Positions 30,345 to 41,687 of a DNA stretch of 64,000 nucleotides are shown one piece after another. The translations under genes were made by a program, and so were the position numbers. A model generated the notes under the pieces. That model had not been told where the DNA came from and did no database searches. It was given only the letters and a program-made list of their open reading frames with translations. Position 1 is the stretch's first letter; every line of letters starts with the position of its first letter. Source of the DNA: the human T2T-CHM13v2.0 reference genome, Homo sapiens; assembly GCF_009914755.1 (NCBI RefSeq), contig NC_060929.1; one strand, written 5' to 3'.

Positions 30345-30866
30345 TTAAACACAATTTTTTTGAGGTAAAATTTACATACCATAAAATTCATCCATTTTAA
30401 GTGTATAATTTGATGACTTTTAGTAACTTTACGGAGTTGTCCAACCACCATCAAAGTCTAATTTTAGGATGTTTTAGGATGTTTCCATCACCCCAAAAAG
30501 AAATCGGGTGTCTACTTTCAGTGACTCTTCATTCTCACCCCCAGCCCCTGACAACCACTCATCTTCTTTCTGAGCACTCCAAGCAAACGGGATGAAAATG
30601 TGTTTGTGTGACATTTTTGACTGGCTTCTTTCACTTAGCATAATATTTTCAGACTTATCCATGTTGCAGGTTGATGTTCACTCCTTCTTATTGCTGAATA
30701 CTACTGCTCTGTGTGGATATACCACATTTGTTATCCATTTGCCAGGTGAAAAACATTTAGAGTGTTGCCACCTTTGCACGCTAGGAAGAATGTTCTGTGA
30801 ACGTTCACACACAAGTCTTTGTGTTGAAATATGTTTTGTTTTATCTTGGGTAGATTCCTAGTAGTT
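30345..30866 (-). mobile_element. L1M (MB/ME-like) 3'-end fragment
   Basis: ttgaggtaaaatttacataccataaaattcatccattttaagtgtataatt ... gactggcttctttcacttagcataatatttt ... cttgggtagattcctagtagt. Confidence 0.85.
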
Positions 30867-31989
30867 AGGATCTCCTTAACACGCATATAGTATTCAAACT
30901 TAAGAAAGTCTAAATGCTCCTTTTCTCAATGTTTAAATAAAGCATTCTTTTTTTCAGAGAGTAAGCACATGCATGTATGCTCTTTTCTAAATATGGCTGG
31001 GGTAATGAACTTAATTTTGAGAACAGATGAAGGTTCTGCAAACTCCCCATGTATATCAGTTACATATCTTGTTTCCTCTTTAGGACATTTGGAGAGTGTA
31101 GACTAAGCCTGAGATCTGTGTGAAGGACACAGATGATGAATATATCTTGCAGGAGAGAGCAGAAAGGAAGTTTTGCTCCTCAATTAATAGGATCGACGAA
31201 ACCAATTGTTGTTGAGTGAGAGGAAATCCTCCTATCACCAAATGTCCCATTATTTCTCCAGCTAGAACAGTGATTGTCACATGCATCCGTCAGGATCACA
31301 GAGATGAAACACCTGAGACCGGATCTAAAGGGAGGAAAATGCCCGGAAATCTGCTAGTCCTGTTCTTTTGGTTGACTGCAGATGAAACTAAAATGTTGCA
31401 CTTACAAAACTCATGTGTTAAAACTCCTGCAATTACAAAGGAAAAATCATATCTGAGGCGTTCAGTTTCCACGTGTAACATTTGAGTATGTAGATGAGAA
31501 GTAAGATTTGGGTCAGCTAGATCATACACATGAGTGGAGATTTCTGGACTATTAACTTTTCTTTGTGAGAATAGTTCAAAAATTAGCCTGCATACACCAT
31601 CGGCACCAACTTTATAAATCTGTAATGCATATTTCCTCATCTTTCAGAATAAAAATAACTACAAGTAATGCTGATATTAAAATGTTATTTGATGAATTCT
31701 ACAAAGCCGCCTGGTAATTTCTGGGGATGTTGCCCATTGGACGCCACTTCTAGATTTATTTGGCCAGCACTGTTATTCTCACATGACACCTCCAAGATGA
31801 AAAACTGGGTGGGAAAGAGCCTTTTTCTCTCCCCTAGCATATACCAACCTCCAGGCTCCCAGGAGGAAATTAAAAAAAAAAAAGATTATTGTCCAATAAA
31901 GCCCCTCGATGAGGATTTGGATCCAACTGTCAGGCTGCTGTTTAGAACTTTACCCTGGAAATTCTAGTTATGAATACGCAAGCTAAAAT

Positions 31990-32860
31990 ATTTGAAAGCA
32001 AGAGACAAGATCAACATAATTTTCAGAAAATGGCTCTTCACCTAGAAAACTCAAGAAAGGCAATAAAAACCATTTACACTGTAAGACAGTTTAGCAAAAT
32101 ATCTAGTTACAGAACAACGAAGTGAATGAGTTCATTTGATTCAATGATTACATTTGAACAATAACCTGGGCCTCTGCTAACCATGAACGGGATAGAAAGT
32201 ATTATGGAAACAAACTTCATTTTCTATAATGACAAAACCTTAAAAATGCTAAGAAACAATGTAATAAAAGTATACAGGAAGTTGAAGAATAAAATTACAT
32301 AACAAGAAAGAAGCCTAGTAAAGAGAAAAATGCAAGATTCTTGGGCAAAATTTAGTATTATAACCAACCCTCCATGAGTTAACTTACAAACAGTATATGA
32401 TTCCAATCAGAATGCTAGGGTTTATCTAAAAGGCTGCATGAATATTACATTCCACATATTTTAAAAGAAGACTAAGAGATTATCAACTTCCAGATATTAC
32501 ATCACAAAGTAAGGCTACAATCACTGTAGAGAACTGAAGAGAAGAGACAAAACTAGAGACAAAAACATCCAGAAATTCCAGAAGCAGTCTAAATTCTGAA
32601 GAAGCGGTTAATAGCTGATGTGTGAAGCATTTCAAATGATCCAGAAAAGGATCAAGTGTTAAATAAACAGTACTGAGAAAAAAATAAAATAAGATCCCCA
32701 CTGCTCACCTTAGCTAAAGCAAGTTCCCATGGGGTTGGCATGAAATGTAAAAAGGGAAATTGGGAGAGCGTCCACATAAAGGTGCGGTGGGTGTCATCTT
32801 CCTAAGAATAACATCAGAGATAGAAACCACAAAAGACTAATAGAGCAGATTAAAGAAAAC
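31990..32860 (+). mobile_element. ancient L1M ORF2 relic
   Basis: A-rich degenerate ORF2-like sequence (cacctagaaaactcaaga; gattccaatcagaat; aaaataagatccccactgctcac). Confidence 0.5.
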
Positions 32861-32904
32861 CAACAGAAAATGGTCCTCCAGTATTTGTAGCGGTCAATAA
32901 GAAA

Positions 32905-33361
32905 TACTGGAGAGAGAGAGAAAGGGGGATGGGGATGGATTAGGAGGCATTGGCTCATATGATTATGGAGGCTGCGGAGTCCCATGACCTGCCTCTGCAA
33001 GCTGGAGGCCCTGGGAAGCTGGGGGTGTAATTCAGTTCAAATCCAAAGGCCTGTGAGCAAGGGGGACCATGGTGTGAGTCCCAGTTCAAGGGCCAGAGCA
33101 GATGAGATGAGATGAGCTGTCTCTGCTGAGAAGTAAGACAGAAAAAAGGGGCCAAATCCCTCTTCCTCTGCCTTTTGCTCCACTCAGGCCCTCAATGGAT
33201 AGGATGAGGCCACCCACATTGGGAGGGCACCTGCTTCACTGAGTCTAAGGACTCCAAGGCTGATCTCATCTGAAAACACCCTCCCAGACACACCTGGAAA
33301 TAATATTTATTCTGAGCACTCTGTGGTCAGTCAAGGTGACACGTTAAAATTAAAGGTCACA
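32905..33361 (-). mobile_element. MLT2B-type ERVL LTR
   Basis: ttggctcatatgattatggaggctg...ctgcaagctggaggccc ... cagtcaaggtgacacgttaaaattaaaggtcaca, the reverse complement of the MLT2 5' end. Confidence 0.85.
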
Positions 33362-33855
33362 GCATTGAATCAAAAGCACCATAATCAAATGAAAAGGCAA
33401 AGAGAAAAACTGGGGACAACTTGCAGAGCTGTCCTAGGCTGGCCAGGGGCTTCTACTGTGCATGTGGAATAATGAGAAACTAAACAATAATGGGAAAATC
33501 AGAATAAAACATAGAAATGACATTAATAGCTTTCTGTAGAAGATAAATGCGTAAACATTAAAACTATTTGGCTTCATTGGAAATAAAAAGTTCCTAAAAA
33601 TTTAGATTAAAAAGCTTGAGATTATTTTTTTTTAATTTTTGAGATTAAAAATTTTATAATTGACTAAGATTAAAAAAACACTAATGCTCACTGCTGGTGA
33701 TGCTGTAGGGGAGGAGAGAGAGGCAGAACCTGCCGGGATGACCTTGTGTCAACAGCATCTTTCTGGAAGACATCTTTCTGTGTGTGTATCATACATAAAA
33801 CCACACTTTGTTATATGTATATAATATATGTATATAAGTATAAAAATTGTGTTAG

Positions 33856-34152
33856 GGCTGGGTGCAGTGGCTCACTCCTGCAATCCCAGCACTTTGGGAG
33901 GCCGAGGCGGGTGGATCATGAGGTCAGGAGTTTGAGACCAGCCTGATCAACATGGTGAAACCCCGTCTCTACTAAAAATACAAAATTTAGGCGAGCGTGG
34001 TGGCACACGTCTGTAATCCCAGCTACTCAGGAGGCTGAGGGAGGAGAATCACTTGAACCAGGGAGGCGGAACTTGTAGTGAGCCGAGACTGCGCTACTGC
34101 ACTCCAGCCTGGGCAACAGAGTGAGACCTTGTCTCAAAACAAAACAAAACAA

Positions 34153-34155
<3 letters not shown>
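33856..34155 (+). mobile_element. AluSg-like with (AAAAC)n tail
   Basis: ggatcatgaggtcaggagtttgagaccagcctgatcaacatggtg, full dimer. Confidence 0.95.

Positions 34156-34212
<57 letters not shown>
34156..34212. repeat. (AT)~28 microsatellite
   Basis: Uninterrupted AT run directly after the Alu tail. Confidence 0.97.
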
Positions 34213-34215
<3 letters not shown>

Positions 34216-37200
34216 GCACACACAAAGAATAAATGAATGTAATGTTTTTATAGTAAGAATTGTAGGTTAGTTTAAAAATATTTTCTGAGTGCTTTTTGCA
34301 TTGAGCATACTTTGATAATATAAGAAATATGAAATATTTTTTGAAAGTAGGATGCTTTAGTTGTTGAAAGTGTAATTAAAGAAGTAGAGTAGTAAATAAA
34401 TTAGAGTAATATATAAATAATTGAGCTTTTTAAAAAATAATCCTTATATTTCTGAAAAGGGAAAATACTGATCCAATTACGGATACTAAATACAAGAATC
34501 AATCTTAGTACATCAGGCGCAGGGAATATGAGAAAGACACAGGTGAAGCTGAGTTTATGTTTTCTCATCTGCCGGTCCATGGCAGGACATGAAGAGTTGG
34601 GTAATTTATGGTTTGGAACGCATGCTCACTTTTGCAGGACTTTGGAAAGCCAAGTCTAATTACACCCAAATCATAGTTACTCCTGGAGGCGTTGCCTGTG
34701 TACGAATCCAACACCAACCGGATGTTCCTCAGGAGACCGTTTCATAGACCATGGGCTGCTGCACTGCAGTGTGGACGGGCATGAAATAACTTGCACTCCC
34801 ATCATTTATGTGGGGGTTTGAATGCAAACAGCGAGTATGCATCTTATTAAGAAATGCGTGTCACCCAGCTCCATAGCCTCGCTGGAAATTCCAGCTACCC
34901 GAAGCAGGAATGAGGATGCCAACATTAATACACACACACAAAGACATTTTTCAGCTCAGGGACAAGACTTTCATAGCCAACTTTCTGCTGAGCGACCCAG
35001 TGAAATGAATTCACGATTATTTTGAATGAGCATAGTTTTAAAAACCTTACTAAAATATTCTCTGATTTTACATTTGATAAAGTCAGGGAGCTTTTTGATG
35101 TGTTTTCTTTCAAAGTGAATGGATGCTGTTTTGGCAACTTTGATATTTCATTTGAAAGGAGCATAATAAACTGTTTTCTTTGTATTGATTGAAGAAATAT
35201 AGTGCTTATTTTTTTGCTTGGTTTTCTAGTAGTTATTCGATAGGTTAAAGGGCAATGCCATCTGTTTCCTAACAGGACATTTTGTGTAAGATTTGCAAGT
35301 CCTACAGGCACCTTTAAGCATGGATAAATATGCACTCTTGGTTTCAGATGGGTAGTTTTTTACTACCAAGGGATGATTATGTTGTGTGCCTTGAGACATT
35401 GGCTATAATATATTTCCTGTCCCTTTATTGCATTTTGGAATCATAAACAATGACTGTTTGGCTCAAAGCCATTTATTCAGCCCAAAAAGACATTATTTGC
35501 ACAACAAAAATCAATAAAAATGTTACCAGGTCTGGCTGGATACTTTGCTTAACTGTGATATTTGTCTATCACTGATGGCATGCCATCTCTCGCAGGAGAC
35601 TGGGGCCAAAACACAGCTATTGATCCAGTCAGCGGTGATGGATACTGGCATTTGGAAAGGGCTGCTGTAGAGAATCTCGATTAAAAAAATATTTCTAGGT
35701 TTTGCCTGCAGCAGAGTCAAGATAACCCGAGTGAGGAGATTTTCTCTGTTCTGTTGGGTTTCTCCCTCTTGTGGTGGAGAAGTGCTCCGGACCAAAGTCA
35801 TTATTGAAAGAATTAAGTCAATCTGTGTTTCGCCAAAGGCTTTGGCATCGCATCAAGCTTAGCTGATTTAGACACGACCCCCCGTCATTTTCGTCACCTT
35901 AAAGCATCAGGAAGGCATTTTATATACACCAAGGGTAGGGAAGAGCTGCGAGGATGATCTTGCTTGCCTTTTTCCTCTTTTTACATTATCTGTTTATGTC
36001 TAGAAAAAACAGGGCAAACTGCTTCCCCCAAACAATTAACTCTGTGGCAGAGCACTTCCAAAATGTACAATTTAGTCAAGACTGAAGGCATTAACGCAAA
36101 TGGAACCAATGTGATAGGCAAGACATACCAAATAGGTTAAAGACAATTTACTGCACTGAGCTTGAGGAAAAAAAATGATGTATTATCCTCTGGTCCCATA
36201 AATTTAAAATATAAAACTGTTTTTCATGTTTCACTTGATATCTCCCCACTTCCAGCATAAATCTGAGTCTCAGAGCCACAGTGGAAGGTGGCAGAAGGTT
36301 GAAAATACTTTTACTTTATTTTACTTCATTTCATTTTATTTATTCATGTAGTTATGCCAGACCTTTTCCAAAAACAATTCATGGGAAAGGTGAGCTATTT
36401 GAATAGAGGCCCAGCATTCACGGGACGACAAGGTACACTCTCTGAGCTGTAACCCAGTGGTGGCGGGCTGGATTTCCAAACTCCATGACGTTCCTCAGGT
36501 TCACAGCAACATTTAGCAGCCAGACTCTGTGCAGTGTGTGTGTGCTTTGGGGTGGGGAAGGGGGCACTCCCAACAGCAGCTCTTCACTGGATCCCAAATT
36601 TCATCCTAAAAGTAGTTCATTTAGTTCTCCAACTGGCCCGAGGGGCTGCTCTTTCTTTACGTGGGTCAGACATGGCTGTGCAAGTCCAGCACAGGGAAGT
36701 CACTCTGCCCTATTTTTGTTTTACTGATTGTCTTGGATATTGTCCTTTCATTTTTAAACTAGAGACTGATCATAAAGTCTGTCCATGTCACTATGATTAA
36801 GTATTATTTTTAATCTCTAGAATACTCTGCTTGGGGTGGAAATAATTAGAAGTAGCAATGAAAAAAATCAACTGTTGTTGCTATTGTTGACTATTTTCAG
36901 GTGAGAAATTGGGTCTGGAGGATTAGATTTCATCGTGAACAATGTAGAGGCGCCTCAGCTATTTCTTTCTGTGAATTGTTTTGCAGCTGAGATCCTGTCT
37001 ACTAGAGGTATGTTTTGCACTAATGATAAATGAATTTTTTTAGTGTTTCACTTTGTGTATGATTTTTCTAAGCTTGTATTATGGTCCCATTTGTAAGTAG
37101 ACAAAAAGTGCCATATCACGATAACTGAAAGCTTCGTTTATAGAGATTAAATGTCTAATAAACACTTAGAGCATTGTAATTACATTTCTGATTGCAAATA

Positions 37201-39392
37201 CACATATAGTATATATACACCTGATATACATAAAACTATATAAAGTATATGCATACATCCACATACTGTATACATTTGTATGTGTGTGGCCATTTCCTGG
37301 GCTAGGTAATAGTTAATGCACTTACTACACCATATTCTTTAAAAGTATATTTTCTATGACGCTAGATTTTTTCATTCTGAAGTACTCACATGAACGGACC
37401 TCTTGAAGCTGCCGCTTCAGATGATTGCTTAGCTACTGCTTGTATCCCCTTTAGAAAAACTGTCTTCTAACGGTCTTCCTGGAACGAGGAATGTGTGACG
37501 CCTCTCACTGCTCCTGAGAGCACCAACTCCCAGTCGCCATTCACGTTAACTTTCCTAAACCTGCATGTTCACCAATAATTAAAACTTACTTCCCTTTTAT
37601 CCTGCAGCACAGAAAAATCAAGCAAGCTCTCTGAGCCTACAGCGGATGCCCTTTGAACACTGAGAGACACACACAAACCCGTGGCACGTTCCTCATGCAA
37701 CAGCTCCCTCCAATTTCAGAAGAGTCGATGCTAGGAAGCACCTTGTAAGTGTCAGTGAATGAGCAGCTCTGCCCTCAGTAGATTTTTGTCTTATCCTGTC
37801 CTGCTGGTTTTCCTAAAAATTTACATCGGCTTCAAATAATATCTATTTTGCAAGTTGAAGAATAGAACGGTGGATGTTTTTCTTTGATTACCGTCACTTC
37901 ATTTACAGTGATTCCATTTTTAAAATTCATTCCAAACTAGATTTGTCTTACTGCTGTTAGTTCTCTTTAGTAGCTGGTTTTATATAAATGGCTTCAGTGT
38001 GAGATCTTGAATTTTCAATCTTGATAAAGTGGGTAATAGTCTCTTCCTTGTAGAGTGTGATTGTGAGCTGCAATATTGGACGGAAAAGTGTTTGTGCTTG
38101 GGAGAAACTCCAAGAACAATACATTGTTGATGTTGTTTTTAATCAACTGAAAAATGGCCTAATTAGAGGACTTTAACAAAGATTTGTTGAAAGATTGTTG
38201 AGGGGAAGGTGCATTTAGTTTAAGTTTAATACTACATCTAGTTACATTAATTGGAGTTAAATTGCCTTTTCAATAAGTAATCCAGCAGAGTGTGAGTGGT
38301 GAATTATCTTCATTTGAACAATAAAAGGCCACCAGCCTGGAGTTGTTTTTGAAGAAGCATAGGCCAAGGATAATGTCTGTTTCACAAGTAAATCCAAGTC
38401 GGCCATGGAGATGACGTCTTGGTTTTCTCACAATGCCATCCGTCGGTGCCCTGCGGCAGTACCATTCTAGGTTGTTATTAGGAGCAAGCAGTATGTAATG
38501 GTATCCAAACCATATGTGTTGGCTGGGGAGTCCGGTGGGGGATGAAAAATTTACTTAGCATGTAATTCATTAGCAAACCTAGGACTGTGCAGAAATATTG
38601 TATTCAGATGATGCTTGTGAGATCTAAATAGAAACTGTAACACACGGTAGAGATTGAGTAAATACTTTTCTACTCCCAGATCGATTCTATTGATTGTCAT
38701 TAAAGCGGCAAGCTCAAAACAATGAAGTGGTTTCTAATTTCTAGGCTCCAGGTGGAACCTGCCCTGTTTCTTCCTCTTTCCAGTTAAGAGCATCATTAAA
38801 TGTATGAGCAAACAGCACATTGAGAGGCCAAGTGTTTTATTAATTCATCATCAGAATTATCTCAGTGCATTAATATTAATAGCTTCAAATTGGATTTCAT
38901 TGAAGAGGTGAAATAAATATGCAGATAGTAAAAGCCTGCACAGCCAAGAACTTTCCTTCCAATGGGACGTTCACCTCCGGCTTTGCCTCAGGAGGGTTGC
39001 GGGCCCTGCTTTTCTCCCTGGGCTGGAGCTGCCTAGAGGGAGACCTGGCACACAGAAATGTTCATTTCAGAGCAGGGAGCATGCCTGGCCCGGCCCACCC
39101 AGCCTCTGCCTCTCTGTAGGAATGAAGTCTGTGAGCTCTCTCTAACATTCTGTGTATGAAAGAGGCAGATACAACACAAGGAGAGTCATTTCTGTAGTCA
39201 TGTTTCATTTCAAAATGGAGACGGGAAGAAGAGAAATTGAGTCATCTTGAGTTATACAAGGGCAAGAGATTCCAGGAGGAGCGTGAAAATGATTTGCTTT
39301 TTTGTTCAGAAAAGTCTTTGATATAATTGAAGATAAGTAGAACTTCCTTGGTGTATTTTTTTAAAAACCCTGTCTGCAATTTTCTACCTAGC

Positions 39393-39797
39393 CACATTTG
39401 CTTGCTAGGGCTGCCATAACAAAACACACTGTGGTATAACACAGTGGGAGTTTGTGCTCCCACAGCTCTGGATGCAAGGAGTCTGAAACCAAAGCACTGG
39501 CAGGACCAGGCTCCCTCTGGAACTCTGGGTGGCCTCGCCTTGCTCTTTCTGCCTCTGCTCATGGCCAACAACCCTTGGCCTTCCTTGGTTTGCAGCTACA
39601 TTTCCCCAGCCTCAGCCTGGGTGTCAGTCAGGTGGCTGTCTCCCTGTGTGTCTCTTTATAAGAATAGCTGAAGGCACTAATGACATTACCTTAACTTCAT
39701 TGCACCTGCAAGCACCCTCAGTCCAAATAAGGTCAGTCACAAGTGTCTGAGGTTAGGATTTTAACATGTTATTTTAATCCTAATTCAACTGGTAACA
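39393..39797 (-). mobile_element. MLT1C-type MaLR solo LTR
   Basis: ttgctagggctgccataacaaaacacac ... ccaaataaggtca...gaggttaggattttaacatg...aattcaactggtaaca. Confidence 0.85.
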
Positions 39798-40929
39798 CCA
39801 AGATAATTTTGAAAATGGAAAAAAATGTGTTTGTAAACCAGCGTACCTAAAGTCTTCAGAGACTGCCAGTAACACCTGAGGAAAGCCCCGGCGATGCGGA
39901 GCAGGGGAGGATGAGGGCTGCGAAAGGCGGCGTGACTGGCAGATGCTGAGGCCAGTCCTAGAAGGCTGTGTCCTTGTGGCTCCATGTGAAAGGTGCAGAT
40001 GTCCCCCACCCCCAAACTGCTTGCACTTATGCTCTGTGACCAACTCCTCCCTGAGACCCCTGGGCAAGATTCTCTCAGGATAAACCATGTGGCTCCCAGG
40101 GCACCGCATCCAACTCTACATTGAATGGGGAGCGGGGAGTCTGGTCCAGAGGACAGACAGAGTGGGCCCCCTGGGTGGAAGGATGCCCGGCAGGATGACT
40201 GCAATGTGTGGAAGGTTCTGGGCCTTCAGGGGACCTGTGGGGTAAGAATAAACTGAGCAGCTGCACTGGATCTTTCCCACCATTCTGCATCTGCTTTGTC
40301 CTCCTGCTCAATGTAACTGGCTCTGTTTAAAATCCTGCGCTTCTTTGGGAAGACTTGGGCCCTTCTCAGGTATGCTGGGACTTTTGACAATCCCCTTCCT
40401 AGAACATTTGCACCCTTTGTGCAAGATGAAAGAGGAAGAGAGTTGCGAATTGAGGCTCTTACAAGCATATGGGCTTTAAGGTAAATATGCCATGTGTATT
40501 AGTCCATTTTCACACAGCCATAAAGAAATACCCAAGACTGGGTAATTTATAGAGGAGACAAGTTTAATTGTTTAATTGACTCACAGTGAACCCTGTGTGT
40601 CTCTTTATAAGAATACCAGCTATCCTGGATGAAGAGCAAGGTGAGGCCACCCAGAGTTCCAGAGGGAGGACTCAGGAAACCTATAATCATAACGGAAGGC
40701 AAAAAAGCAGCAAGTGCTTTCTTCACAAGGCAGCAGGAACAGAGGAGAGCAGGGGAGACCACCACTTATCAAATCTCGATAGAACTCATTCACTATCACG
40801 AGAACAGCATAGGGGAAACCACTTCTGTGACCCAGTCACTTCCCACCAGGTCTCGCCCTGAACATGTGGGGATTATGGGGATTACAATTCGAGATGAGAT
40901 TTGGGTGGGGACACAGAGCCGAACCTTAT

Positions 40930-41687
40930 TGTGTCCTTTCAGTGGGTTCTTGTTCTCGCTGACTTCAAGAATGAAGCCGTGGACCTTCGAGGTGAGTGTT
41001 ACAGCTCTTAAAGATGGTGTGTCCGGAGTTTATTCCTTCAGATGTTCAAATGTGTCCAGAGTTTCTTCCTTCCAGTGTGTTCCTGGTCTCGCTGACTTCA
41101 GGAGTGAAGCCGCAGACCTTCGCAGTGGGTGCTACAGCTCTTAAAGGTGGCGCGTCTGGAGTTGTTTGTTCCTCCTGGCGGGTTTGTGGTCTTGCTGACT
41201 TCAGGAATGAAGCCACAGCCCCTCGCAGTGAGTGTTACAGTTCATAAAGTTAGCGCAGACCCAAAGAGTGAGCAGCAGCAAGATTTGTTGTGAAGAGCGA
41301 AAGAACAAAGCTCCACAGCATGGAAGGGGACCCCAGTGGATAGCTGCTGCTGGCTGGTGTGGCCAGCTTTTATTCCCTTATTTCTCCCTGCCCACATCCT
41401 GCTGATTGGTCCATTTTACAGAGTGCTGATTGATGCATTTACAAACCTTTAGCTAGACAGGCTGCTGATTGGTGTGTTTTTACAGAGTGCCGATTGGTAC
41501 GTTTACAATCCTTTAGCTAGACACAGAGTGTTGATTGGTGCGTTTACAATCCTGTAGCTAGACACAGAGCACTGATTGGTGCATTTACAATCCTTTAGCT
41601 AGACACATAGCACGCAATCCTTTAGCTAGACAGAAAAGTTCTCCAAGTCCCTACTCGACCCAGGAGCCCAGCTGGCTTCACCTCTCA
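40930..41687 (-). mobile_element. LTR12 (ERV9) solo LTR
   Basis: tgtgtcc...gggttcttgttctcgctgacttcaagaatgaagccg repeats; tandem tgattggt...tttacaatcctttagctagaca units; ends ccagctggcttcacctctca. 4-bp TSD (t/a)tat. Confidence 0.95.
41360..41640 (-). promoter_or_regulatory. LTR12 U3 enhancer/promoter (tandem CCAAT boxes plus AATAAA/TATA-like box), directed toward lower coordinates
   Basis: Five ATTGG (CCAAT on the - strand) near 41405, 41468, 41493, 41534 and 41575. ttttattcccttattt lies at ~41368-41383. Activity is inferred from known ERV9 LTR biology. Confidence 0.6.

Noticed and set aside
41400-41640. ~41-bp tandem repeats as a novel array
   Set aside because: They are the normal U3 enhancer repeats of LTR12.
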